Source: Octopus vulgaris (Eukaryota). Taken from it: DNA of 64,000 bases. The position numbers and the translations under genes were made by a program. The stretch is taken from positions 46,686,001 to 46,750,000 of the forward strand of contig OX597829.1 in assembly GCA_951406725.2 (NCBI GenBank), written 5' to 3'. The notes beneath the pieces were generated by a model. That model was not told the origin of the DNA and searched no databases. It saw only the letters and a program-made list of their open reading frames with translations. Of the stretch, positions 26,820-39,045 are shown piece by piece; the stretch's first letter is position 1, and the number at the start of each line of letters is the position of its first letter.

Positions 26820-27352
26820 GATTTTGGCATAAGGCTAGCAATTTTGTGGTAGGATATTAGTCGACTATAAGGACTCCAGTGTTCTGCTGGTATTTATTTT
26901 ATTGTCTCCTAAAGGATGAAAGGCGAAGTTGATCTTGGAAGAAATTTGAACTCAGAACGTAAAACTGGAGAAAATACCGCTAAGTATTTTGCCTGACTTA
27001 CTAATAATTACTAATAGTAATGGAGAAGTTCTTAAGCAGATCAGGCCGAAAATGTCGCTATAAGCTAGGATCACCAAGCATAGATTGGCATATTTCGGTC
27101 ATATTATGCGGGGAAAATCCCTGGAGAAGGACATCATGCTCGGAATGGTCAGTGGCAAGAGAGGAAGAGGCCGACCAAGAACCCGCTGGCTTGACACCAT
27201 CGAGAGTGATACCGGAATGGACATGGCCAATCTGAAAGAAGCGGCCCAAGATAGAACTGACTGGAGGACACTGATCCAACGAGTGATCGAGAGTCGACTT
27301 CGACTGAGCGGATAGAGAGAGAGACTAATAACTCTCTCATCTGTCCGCCTTA
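26820..27352 (-). mobile_element. SINE family A copy interrupted in its head by an RTE fragment
   Basis: AAGGATGAAAGGCGAAGTTGATC...GAACTCAGAACG at left; head remnant TCCGCCTTA resumes near 27345. Confidence 0.65.
27015..27324 (+). mobile_element. 3' end of an RTE-clade (BovB-like) LINE with (GA)n tail
   Basis: LAYFGHIMRGKSLEKDIMLGMVSGKRGRGRPRTRWLD...DRTDWR...RLSG*, a classic RTE C-terminus; CTAATAA is repeated on both flanks. Confidence 0.88.
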
Positions 27353-27553
27353 TATCTTCCTGTATTAAATGCAATAACAGTCATGGCTGTTTTTTTTTTC
27401 TCATTTGTACATCTTATGTAAAGCCGTATTTTATTTGGCTTCAAAGATTAATCAAATCATCCACTAACTCGAATATGATTTAGTATATGACATTTTTTTC
27501 GTAAATTTGTATGCCTGCATTTAATCAAAAACGTTCATCATCTCTATCACACA

Positions 27554-27590
<37 letters not shown>

Positions 27591-28327
27591 GTACACACAC
27601 ATGCTCACACACTCACACACACATGCACACACGCACGCACACACATACACACAGTTTTGCGGCTTGCGTTTGATTTTGCTTGTGTCCTCATCTGAATGGT
27701 TTTTCATGTAAGCGCGTGTGTTTATACAAGTGTATGTATCAGTTTCTGTTTGTTTGATTGTTTTTTTTTTTTTAGTTAATTATAGCACTGATTAGTAATA
27801 CGAAATATTAATAGACTGCTGGTAAACATGAAAAAAAAAAAAACTAAAAGAAACAAAGAAAGAAGAACGACAAAGAAGGTGAAAACAAAGTAAAAATATT
27901 GCATAATATGCATATAACTTACGGAGCCAAGTTTGAAAATACTAAATCGATACAACCGAAAGAGCAGATGGCTTGCATATTTTTTTTCTTTTTTCAGCCG
28001 TTGTCTCGTGATGTTCTGCTGCATTGCTAATGATATGCTGGTGATGGCTAAAGGATTGTGGGGAGGCTGAAAGAAGATGATGCTAAACAGGCATCAAGTT
28101 TAATTACCATTTTTTTTTTCACTTGTTAGTATAATTTATGCAGATTGGCAGAATCTTGAGAGTGTCCGACAAAATGCGTTGCGGTAATTCTTCCAAGGTC
28201 AATGATATGGAATACCAGTTAGCTACTGGGGTTAATGCTATCGACTAAACCACTTCAAATAAAATTTCTAGGCTTCGTGCCAAAGTTTAAAAGAATTTTT
28301 TTTTAATTCATATTATGATATAATTTA

Positions 28328-28467
28328 TAGGCGTAGGTGTGGCTATGTGCTAAGTTCCGGGTTCAGTCCCACTGCGTGGCACCTTGGGCAAGTGTTTTCT
28401 ACTATAGCCTCGGGCCGACCAGAGACTTGTGAGTGGATTTGGTAGACGGAAACTGATAGAAGCCCGT

Positions 28468-28527
<60 letters not shown>

Positions 28528-28752
28528 GTATATGTATGTGTGTGTATATGTTTGTGGCTCTGTGTTTGTTCCCCCAACATCGCTTGATAACCGATGCTGG
28601 TGTGTTTACGTCCCCGTAAATTAGCGGTTCGGCAAAAGAGACCGATAGAATAGGTACTAGACTTACAAAGAATAAGTCCTGGGGTCCATTTGTTTGACTA
28701 CAGGCGGTGCTCCAGCATGGCCGAAGTCAAACGATTGAAACAAGTAAAAGAG
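28328..28752 (+). mobile_element. SINE family B
   Basis: Same head, core, microsatellite and tail as 14793-15187. Confidence 0.9.
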
Positions 28753-28814
28753 TATATCCTATCTTTTCCTTCTTTTTCCCGGGTTATCTATGTCGCATCT
28801 CATCTGCTTACTGC

Positions 28815-29033
28815 AAGACGCCGAATCGTTATCACGACGGGCGAAATGCTTAGCGGCATTTCGTCCGTTCAGATTCTGAGTTCAAATTCCGACGAGGTCG
28901 ACTTTGCCTTTCATCTTTTCGAGGTCGAAAAAATTAAGTACCACTGAAACACTGGGGTCGATGTAATCGACTAGTGCCCTTTCAACAAATTTGAGGCCTT
29001 GTACATTTAGTAGAAAGGATCATCATCATCATC

Positions 29034-29107
<74 letters not shown>

Positions 29108-29319
29108 AGGCAATCAGCTGGCAGAATCGTTCCTGTGTCGTGCAAAATGCTTAGAGGTATCTCGTCCTCTTCACGTTCTGCGTGCAAATTCCCCCGAGGT
29201 CGATTTTGCATTTCATTATTTACGGGGGTGATAAAATAAATAACTGTTGAGCATTGGAATCAACGTAATCAATTTACCCACTGCCCTGAAATTACTGGCC
29301 TTGTGCCAAAATTTGAAAA

Positions 29320-29320
<1 letters not shown>
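28815..29320 (+). mobile_element. Two older SINE family A copies ending in (CAT)n and (ATT)n
   Basis: GAAATGCTTAG...GAGTTCAAATTCC...GGTCGACTTTGCCTTTCATC core and GGCCTTGTGCC-type tail. Confidence 0.75.
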
Positions 29321-29415
<95 letters not shown>

Positions 29416-29420
29416 TATTA

Positions 29421-30342
29421 CTTTTAATCTGTATCTTGGTTACAGTCACTCGCCGAGTCACACCCAGTGTCCTGGAACGATTGAAGGTTAAGAGATGTTA
29501 CAATATGACTGAAAGCTCGGGGAGGCGAGGTAGTGAAATATTTTCATGTAATACAACAATGACATTTAAATGGGTAGGGCTTTTCTAAGGATGTAGACAG
29601 TACTAGTCAGCAAAGTCTTTTGGATTTCTCTGAACCATGACTCTCCTGGGATCTTATCTAGATGTTTCTGACATCACATTTTTATCGTACCTAGGGCACC
29701 TACAATAACAGGAACAGTTCTCGTTTTAAGATACCACATCTTTTGTATTTCAATTTCCAGGTCCTCATATTAACTTAGTCTGTCAAATTCCTTGACAGGT
29801 ATATTTTTCAGTGGGAACATTTACATCTATTAGTATACAAGTATTTTCTTTCCCGCCTTTAATAATCATGTCTGGCCGATCAGCCTGGATCGTTCAGTCA
29901 GTGTTGACTGGAAAATCCAAGAGGAAAGTGACACTTTTACGTTCAACGACTCACTCAGGGTGATGTTCATACCAGTAAGCAAGAGTCCTGATTTTGTAGT
30001 GTTTGCAAATTTTCCAATTTAAATACTGTCCGACCCCTTCGTGGAAAATTTTATATTCGTTTGGGGTCAGAACAGAACATCCCGATACGAGATGGTCTAT
30101 TGTTTCGTCAAATGTATCACAGAATCTGCATTCAGGGTCAGAACCCTTTTGAAGAAGGTTAGACTGGTACGGTTTTTTTTTTTTTGCAAGCTTTGATCTT
30201 GTGCCGCCAATATGAAATCTTCAATCTCTGTTTTCAGTTCTGAACTTTTAAACCACTGATGGATTGGTGCTTGATCTACATCAGCATTTCGACTTCAAAG
30301 TGTATACTGTCCATACAGAGACATCTCGATCCATCGCACCTT
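29421..30342 (-). mobile_element. Decayed 3' part of a second R4/Dong family (CCHC zinc knuckle plus REL)
   Basis: Minus-strand DPECRFCDTFDETIDHLVSGCSVL (30130-30068) and DRPDMIIKGGKENTCILIDVNVP; the 3' end abuts (TAA)n at 29320-29420. Confidence 0.8.
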
Positions 30343-30405
30343 AATTTGCTGTTGCTGTTGTTGTTGTTGTTGTTGTTGTTGTTAGTAGTAGTAGTAGTAG
30401 TAGTA

Positions 30406-30494
<89 letters not shown>

Positions 30495-30782
30495 TATTTT
30501 ATCTTTCGAACAAGAACTACGAATTTCCTGACATCTCATGGGATGGATACAATAATCTTGTTGGAATTACAGAGACAAAAACTGATAAAGTTATTTTTGT
30601 TATTCTTTTCGTATTTACTACTCTTTTGTTTAGAATCATTATCATTTCATCATTTCATTAATGACCGTCCAACTGAGACAAGGTTGTCCTTTTCTTTTTA
30701 TTGATCTCTCTCCTCTTCTATTCTTTCTGTAAAAGAGTATCGACACGAAATATTAAGACAGAGAGATAGATAGAAAGAAAAG

Positions 30783-30814
<32 letters not shown>

Positions 30815-30825
30815 TATATAGATAA

Positions 30826-33210
30826 CTTTCTTTATTAGCCACACAGGACCGAACACAGAAGGGACAAAATACAATGTAGAGCTTTTATTTTCGAAAGAAA
30901 GAGAAAATAGAAAAAAATGAGAAAATAAATTTCCGATCAAAAGGGATAGTGTAAAAAGAAAGGGGGCGCGATCAAAAGGAACCGTGTATCACAGAAATGA
31001 AGAACAGAGTAAACATGTAAAAAGCAGATTAGATTTATCCGTGGAAGGGAAAGCCTATGACAAAGACCACGGTAACCTCAGGCAGGGAGTGGAAAATACA
31101 CATAAGAGCAAATTGCTCTCTCTCTCTCTCTGTTTTTTCGATTTACAGAATCATGCTCAAAGTGGTTTCGTCATTCGCGCGTACCATCTTTGCTACATTT
31201 ACCCACCTTATATGGAATCTTTCATTTTCAAGTGGTACGTGAAAAAGTTCATGAGCGTTTGGCGAGAGAGGAAAGTGTTTGTCTATAAACCTTTCGCTCG
31301 AATCCGCCACACGCATTCTTTCACCATGGCCACCAGTAAGAGGAAGACTGCATTGCATTCCAGGTTAAGCGAAGGTGGCGGAACAATTTTCACGTTAGAC
31401 TCGGCCGACAACCGAATTCGTCCCACACGTGACCGCATCCGTTCGGCATAAGCCCACAGGCCCGAAACAGTTGGATACTGCACGAGTGCATGCAGAACGG
31501 TTTCATCGCTCTGGCCGCATCTCGGGCAAGTCGGTCCGGTGCTTCTCGAACCGTGCATGTAGAGCTTATCCCGAACGGGCAATGCTTCCCGATAGCACTG
31601 CCAGACCAGGGATTTCTGGTGATTGTCCATAGATCCCGGCCCGAAAGTTGTCCTGAACAGGCAGGTCAGGTGTTCCCTGTCGTCGCCTAGACTCTACCCG
31701 AGAATGTCGTAGCGCCTCCCACCATTAATCCTCTATAGAACGCCTTTGTGGAATTGAAGTCGCACAAGTTTGGTCCCAGATGGCAGAGTTGCTTGAGAGC
31801 AAGGCAGCACTCACGGTGCCATTCGTGAACCTCGGTCTCTGTTTGATCCACGACTGTAGTTCGGCAAAAGAGACGAGCTGCGGGAAAGCGCACCACACAG
31901 ACGGCGACTATACTTGTTCACCGTCGTCTATGAAGCGCCGGAGATGTCGCAGTCTTAGCGCACGTCCGTGCATCATCAACCACGGCATGCCCAGCACTTC
32001 ATTTAGCGGGTGTTGACAGCAAATGGATCGCCTAACCATCGGAACTCTTCCCTTCCACAAAAAGCAGAAGAGTATGCGTTCCAATCTGGTGATGGTAGGG
32101 TCGGGACAAGGCACGACGATCAGACGGTACTCGATGACAGATGAAATGTATGCGTTCGCTAGCTCTGCTGATCTTTTAGGGATAGGTTCCTCTCAGCCCA
32201 TTGCTGTGTGAGAGTGGCCACCCTAACAGTTATCTCATCCCAGATCTCTATTTGGAGGTCCGGACCAAACCAGACTCCGAGCAATTTAACCGGTCCATCG
32301 GCCCAGCCTCCCAAGATGGAAACGCTGTTGGACGGCATGGACTTGCTTCTCCAGGTGCCGAGCCGCAAGCCTACTGAAATTTCCCGGTTAATTTTCGCTC
32401 CCGTTACCGCTTCGTATTTTTTTAATGTCTCGCCGTATGCAGACACGCTCCTCCCGCATTCCAGTCCCCGCGGGATGCCTCTAAATGTCGCCAGCTTCCG
32501 CAGTAGCGGCTGTAGAGTCAATGCGTATAAAAGCGACGAGAGAGGGCATCCTTGACGGGCCGAACGCGTGATGTTAAATGGTCTGGACAGATGACCATTT
32601 ACGCGAACTACTGAGCAGATGCCGCTGTATAATACAACGATCCAACCGCGTAAGGCGGGACCGAAACCAACCGCTCTAAGGACAGCCTCCGAGTAGCGAT
32701 GGTCCACCCCATCGAAAGCTTTTGATTGATGTAGCGCATCAGGTGGAGGCTGTCATGGATACACCTGCCCGGCATGGCGCACATTTGCACCTTGTCGGCC
32801 AGTTTCTCGATGACAAGCGCCAACGTCTCGGCTTATGCCTTGGCCAAAATCTTCATATCTGCGTTGAGCAGAGTGATGAGCCTGAAGTTATCTATGTTCC
32901 CTTTGTTTGGATCTTTCTTTAGCAGTGCCACCGCTGCTCGCTTTACAGAGACGGGGATACTCCCGCTTTGCAGCTAGTTGCAGTGGACCGCTGCTAAGAC
33001 GCCTCCAAACAAGTCTGACAATAAATTTCGTAGAGCAGACCATACAAGCCTGGCGACTTGTCTCCCGTCCAGCCTGCCATCGCATTCCGTACGTCCGCGT
33101 CTGTGATGGGTCTTTCACAACACTCTGCCTCTCTAGCCGAGAGTTGTGGACAGCCCGTGCAGCTAAGGCACTAAAGTCCATTCGACGTTCAGATCCACCT
33201 GTTGTCCCGA
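30826..33210 (-). mobile_element. 5'-truncated L1/Tx1-clade LINE (RT pseudogene, zf-RVT and 3' UTR)
   Basis: LNADMKILAK, MPGRCIHDS, RQGCPLSSLLY, VSAY, KLLGVWFG, FLWKG and CPRCGQSDETVLHAL over several broken frames; AATAAA near the 3' end next to (GATA/GACA)n. Confidence 0.9.
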
Positions 33211-33234
33211 GATAGATATGTATATTTTAATTTA

Positions 33235-33640
33235 GCCGAAGCCAGCAGTAGTGGTAGTGCCACACTTCCAAATTTTCAGCTGTTTTGAAACTCCATAGCA
33301 TAATTATACAAGTTGTATTTTACCGTAATTGAATCAACGCTTTATAACTGCTGGTTTTCCTCACGAAGATGTTGGAAAATTCTCTCATTTATGGCGTCAA
33401 AAACAACATGATGATTTTTGTAATATCTAAAAGAATACGAAGGAACCGGAGAATCTGGAATAAGCGAAGACCGCCATTTGTGCAGCCATTCTACATTTGA
33501 TCCATTAGAGTTTGATAATATTCTGCTCTTAGTTTTGACTCATTTTTTCCAAGCCATTTGAGCTGTCATTATCGGCAATGCACTCACTTGATGATATTCC
33601 TCCCAGTTGATACAATTCTTAATCATTGATTCAATGTATT
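33235..33640 (-). pseudogene. Decayed Helitron Pif1-like helicase fragment
   Basis: DAINERIFQHLREENQQL*SVDSIT...NYAMEFQNS*KFGSV resembles the Helitron pattern INE.I...LPGE...SVDS...NYP.EFLNSL..G.P. Confidence 0.5.
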
Positions 33641-33950
33641 TTCTACTATGTATAACTATTTGTCAGGATTTTATTTTATCTCAGTTTCCACACTTTCTGT
33701 ATTCTTGGCTAATTCACTAAGAATAATGTTCCGATGTACACTTATGTTTCCTACTGTTTCGTATAAAACGATCTACTTTACACAAGTTTTCGATGAAGCA
33801 TCAGTCTCAGTTCATTAAGATATAGCATAATATCCATTTGATAATCGGATCTAGTGTTCATATCATGAATATAAATTTCTGCAAATGACATTTTTATAAT
33901 CAAAAAACAGTAATCAGTTGAGTTGACAATATAATAATTACAACACCACC

Positions 33951-33982
<32 letters not shown>

Positions 33983-33995
33983 CAACAACAATAAT

Positions 33996-34070
33996 AAGCT
34001 TGAGAAGTACATGGAACAAATAGGGGCTGTAATAAACGTGGAGCACTTGCAGAAAACAGCATTGCTTGGC
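33996..34070 (+). mobile_element. Short R4/Dong ORF C-terminal fragment
   Basis: LEKYMEQIGAVINVEHLQKTALLG, preceded by (CAA)n(TAA)n and cut by the SINE A at 34071. Confidence 0.55.
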
Positions 34071-34251
34071 AAGCTGGCAGAAACGTTAACACGGGCGAAA
34101 AATTAGCGGTATTTCGTCTGCCGTTAAGTTCTGAGTTCAAATTCCGCCGAGGTCGACTTTGTCTTTCATCCTTTCAGGGTCGATAAATTATGTACCAGTT
34201 AAGCACTGGAGTCGATGTAATCGATCTAATCGACTTAATACCTTTGTCTGT

Positions 34252-34255
<4 letters not shown>
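34071..34255 (+). mobile_element. SINE family A
   Basis: GCTGGCAGAAACGTT...GAGTTCAAATTCCGCCGAGGTCGAC. Confidence 0.85.
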
Positions 34256-34295
<40 letters not shown>

Positions 34296-34347
34296 AGATA
34301 GATAGATAAGAGAGATAGACAAGATAGATAAGATAGATAGGTAGATA

Positions 34348-34385
<38 letters not shown>

Positions 34386-34391
34386 AGAGAG

Positions 34392-34435
<44 letters not shown>

Positions 34436-34605
34436 TACATTAAACGCATCATGTATACACAGCCTAGATTCCAATTATATTTTACCCTGCTTGAGCTGAG
34501 ACTTGAGGTTGCGTTGTAACAGAGAATGGTTTAATATAATTCAGAGCTGAATCAAAACAATTCTCATATGGTTATACAATATTAAGATTCGATGATGCTC
34601 GAATA

Positions 34606-34608
<3 letters not shown>

Positions 34609-34677
<69 letters not shown>

Positions 34678-34832
34678 CCCACTAACCTATTACCTATCTA
34701 CCTACCTACATACCTACTAACCTACCTACCTATCTACCTACCTACCTACCTACCTACCTACCTACCTACCTACCTACGTATGTATGTTTGTATGTATGTA
34801 TGTGTGTATGTATGTATGTATGTATGTATGTA

Positions 34833-34929
<97 letters not shown>

Positions 34930-34994
34930 TTCTGTTTGTCTGTCTTGCTGTCTGTGTTGCTATCTATCTATCTATCTATCTAAGCATTTATCAT

Positions 34995-35082
<88 letters not shown>
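34609..35082. repeat. Compound (TCTA)(CCTA)(TATG)(TC)(TA) microsatellite
   Basis: Direct sequence. Confidence 0.95.
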
Positions 35083-35086
<4 letters not shown>

Positions 35087-36457
35087 TGTGTTTGTGTGTG
35101 TGTATACCCATTTTTCACACAGATGCGTACACATTCACACACGCACGCACACACACAAATACGCAAACACACAAATACACATTTGTATATACGCAGTCAC
35201 GCGCGTGCATGTGCATTCGTGCGTGTGTGTGCCTTTGTGTGTGTCTGTCTATGCGTGTGTAATATATGGGCATCTTGACAACAGTGGAGTTACAATGGCT
35301 GCCGAACGTTCTGGCAAAAATAGAACAGCATCCGGAAGATAGACAAGACAAGAATTCAATACTATTAATGTGGATATTTGTCTGTGTGCATCTGCGTGTC
35401 AATGCATGGCAGCTGTGTGATGGTATTGATGCTATGTTATTAGTGACTTTGGCGGTCGGGAGAGCGCGGAGGGTGGTGGGGTGGGGGGCGTCGATGAGGC
35501 GATAGGGTGATGGGAGCGATGGGAGCAATAGGGCGATGAGGCAATGAGGCGATGGGTCGGTGGGTAGGAGAAAGAAATGCAGTGAAATCGAGGTGGGAGA
35601 CTTCTGTGCTAATGACTTCATGTTTTGAGTGACATATAACCGATTTTAACACAGAAGTAAAAAAAAAATAATAAATAAATAATAATAATAATAGATAAAT
35701 AAATAAATAAATAAATAACAGAAAGAAAGAGGAAAACGAACCGAACGGATTCGATTGTGTTTACAGTTGTATTTACATCGAAAGAAGAAAAAAAATTATC
35801 GACATTTTCAACTGAAATATAAGATAGATGGATGGGAGTCTCGATAGCAATTGTTTCTCATTTGGCTTTTACATACATAACAAAGAACTGCCATATTCCA
35901 TTGCGAATAACGTTCACGAAAGAAAGGTAAGGAAGGGAAGAGAAACAGAAAGTAGAGAATTTAAATCTATAATGTTATTCCGTTACGGTCTACGTGCAAC
36001 GCTTTTACCATGAAACTATGAAACTGAATCGAAGGCAGAGACTATTGTAGTCAAAGCATATTCGTAACATGGACGACTAATAAACTGTGGAACAAATATT
36101 ATATATAATAATATTTGATATATATTTTTATTGATATTATAAATAAGAAAGAGGGTGGTGGGCTGACAGAAAATTGTTGTTTTTGCTAATATCGTTTTTT
36201 AATCGTTTGGACATTCATAATCCTGCATATTTATATTCAAAGGCATGACAGATTTGATATCTTTTGTAAACACTGACAGACAATGCATGTAGAACGTTTC
36301 CCAAAATCTCCTTTCCGAAAAGAACTATAGGATGTAAATTGAGGAAGAATCGGCCGTTGTTCCTTCTGGCAAATTGAGTTTCCTTTTGTGTTATCATCAT
36401 TTAAGTTAATCTCTATGAGGTTGTAATAAAATATTTCATTTGTTTATTACAGCCATA

Positions 36458-36621
36458 TAGGCGTAGGAGTGGCTGTGTGGTAAGCAGCTTGTTTACCAAC
36501 CACATGGTTCAGGGTTCAGTCCCACTACGTGGCACCTTGGGCAAGTGTCTTCTACTATAGCCTCGGGTCAACCAAAGCCTTGTGAGTGGATTTGGTAGAC
36601 GGAAACTGAAAGAAGCCAGTC

Positions 36622-36689
<68 letters not shown>

Positions 36690-36933
36690 ATGTATGTGTG
36701 TGTATGTGCTTGTGTGTCTGTGTTTGTCCTCCCAACATCGCTTGACAACCGATGCTGGTGTGTTTACGTCCCCGTAACTTAGCGGTTCGGCAAAACAGAC
36801 CGATAGAATAAGTACTAGGCTTACAAGGAATAAGTCCTAGGGTCGATTTGCTCGACTAAAGGTGGTGCTCCAGCATGGCCACAGTCAAATGACTGAAACA
36901 AGTAAAAGAGTAAAAGAGTAAAAGAGTAAAAGA
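36458..36933 (+). mobile_element. SINE family B, young, with a (GTAAAAGA)4 tail
   Basis: Complete head, core, internal (TA)n(TG)n and tandem 3' tail repeats. Confidence 0.92.
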
Positions 36934-37009
36934 GTATGTCTATCAGTTATAATTTGTTTTAAGTTTTTGTTTAACTATCTTTCTAACATCATTATGTTAA
37001 TTTGCTTTA

Positions 37010-37470
37010 AGGCGGGGAGCTGGCAGAATCGTTAGAATGCCGGACGAAATGCTTCGCAGTATTTCGTCCGTCTTTACCGTCCAAGTGTTTAAATCATAAA
37101 AGATTTTTTGGGGGTTGATTTTGTCCTTCTTCCTTTCGGGAACGATAAAATGAGTGTCAATTGAATACTTGGGTCGAAGCAATCGAATGAAACCCGCCCT
37201 TAAAACTTCTGGCCTTGTGCTAAAATATGAAAGTAATATTATGTATACTAGTCAGGCAGCAGGCTGGCAGAATCGTTACCATTCCGGACAAAATGCTTAG
37301 AAGCATTTCTTCTGTCTAATCTTTTTCAGTTCAAACTCCGTCAAGGGCGACTTCGTCTTTCATTCTTTCGGGGCCGATAAAATATGCACCAGTTGAATAC
37401 TGGGATCGATTTAATAAACTTACCCAACTCCTCCTATAATTACTGGCTTTGTGCCAAAATTCAAGTCATT
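37010..37470 (+). mobile_element. Two older SINE family A copies in tandem
   Basis: Two GCTGGCAGAATCGTT heads (~37019, ~37263), each with a GGC(C/T)TTGTGC tail. Confidence 0.75.
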
Positions 37471-38044
37471 ATTATCTTTATGAACCCATTGCCTGTCATG
37501 AGCCCCTTTTGGGGATCTGCTAAAAGCAGTCTCACTACCGGTTGTTCGTTGTATTTAAAGGGAATTGCTTATGTACGTAGAATTTGCAGAGTTGTGTTTA
37601 ACATGATTTAGTAGTTAAAGCTTGTCATTATTAGCTCTAGCTAATTCTAGAGGATATTTTATGTCATAAATCGTAATTTCTGTACTACAAAAATATTGAC
37701 TGTTTTGAAATTTTTTGGTTTATTTTTTTGCATTTCCCATCTATATCATTCATTGATATTTCATACACATTCGCATTTGAAACTATAGTTTCAAAAAAAC
37801 TAAAATATTCATTATTGCAATTAGCTGACCACGTGACGTCAATAATGACGGCTAATTGTAGTATTTTATATATAAATAAGGTCCAAAATAAAGTACATAA
37901 TAATCACACATACTTCCCTTGTACACGCACACACATACACACACACTCACAAAGAGCTGAAACGCTGATTTTTTTCACCTCTTCCTTCCTTATTCATCTT
38001 TCTCTCATTGCTATTACTTTCCAAAATAATTCAAATTTAAATAC

Positions 38045-38305
38045 TTCTTTTCTACTCTAGGCACAAGGCCCGAAATTTTGGGGGAGGGAGCCAGTCGATT
38101 AGATCAATCCCAGTACGCAACTGATACTTAATTTATCAACCTTGGCGGAATTTGAACTCAGAACATAAGGGCAGACGAAATTTAGATACTTTATATTTAT
38201 TTCTTTATTGCCCACAGGGGGCTAAACATAGAGGGGACAAAGAATGACAAACAAAGGGATTAAGTCGAAACAATTTGAACTCAGAACGTAAAGACAGACG
38301 AAATT
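38045..38305 (-). mobile_element. SINE family A dimer, partially deleted
   Basis: Both tail types are present; the junction falls just after GACGAAAT. Confidence 0.75.
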
Positions 38306-38667
38306 TTAATTTATATTATTTTCACTTCTGGTTAAGCCAAAAAGTATGAATAAAATAATTTGGCAGCTAATGTTTGACTGAGTTGATTGTTGATGTTACA
38401 GACCAGTCCTGATTACTTCTATTAAGTGTTCCTAATTTTTCCTTCGTTCAGATTAAGTCTTATCAAAACATAGAGCGCGACGGGCCACGATCGTGGCCCT
38501 CAGGCACAAGTCGACAGGTTATGATCATGGCCCAGATGCATTTTATTTATAGGCGTTTGTTGGTGTCTAATGTCACTCAAACGCTCCGATACCCCCCCAA
38601 GGACTAATAGTTCAACCAATGACTTTTATGATTATGTGAAACTTGCCACATTATATACTATGAAGAT

Positions 38668-39045
38668 GTGGAGGCGCAATGGCCCAGTGGTTAGGGCAGT
38701 GGACTCGCGGTCATAAGATCGCGGTTTCGATTCCCAGACCAGGCGTTGTGAGTGTTTATTGAGCGAAAACACCTAAAAGCTCCACGAGGCTCCGGCAGGG
38801 GATGGTGGTGATCCCTGCTGTACTATTTCACCACAACTTTCTCTCTCTCTTTCTTCCTGTTTCTGTTGTACCTGTATTTCAAGGGGCCGGCCTTGTCACT
38901 CTCTGTGTCACGCTGAATATTCCCGAGAACTACGTTAAGGGTACACGTGTCTGTGGAGTGCTCAGCCACTTACACGTTAATTTCACGAGCAGGCTGTTCC
39001 GTTGATCAACCGGAACCCTCGTCGTCGTAACCGACGGAGTGCTTC
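38668..39045 (+). mobile_element. SINE family C (tRNA-Arg-like head) with 12-bp TSD
   Basis: TGGCCCAGTGGTTAGGGCAGTGGACTCGCGGTC...GGTTTCGATTCCC head; TSD TACTATGAAGAT at 38656-38667 and 39046-39057. Confidence 0.92.

Noticed and set aside
35600-35658. SECIS-like reading on the plus strand (ATGA...GA)
   Set aside because: No apical AA motif, weak helix II, and no selenoprotein ORF upstream.
38668-38745. tRNA-Arg gene
   Set aside because: The tRNA-like head continues into a repeated SINE body with a TSD, and there is no proper acceptor stem or terminator.
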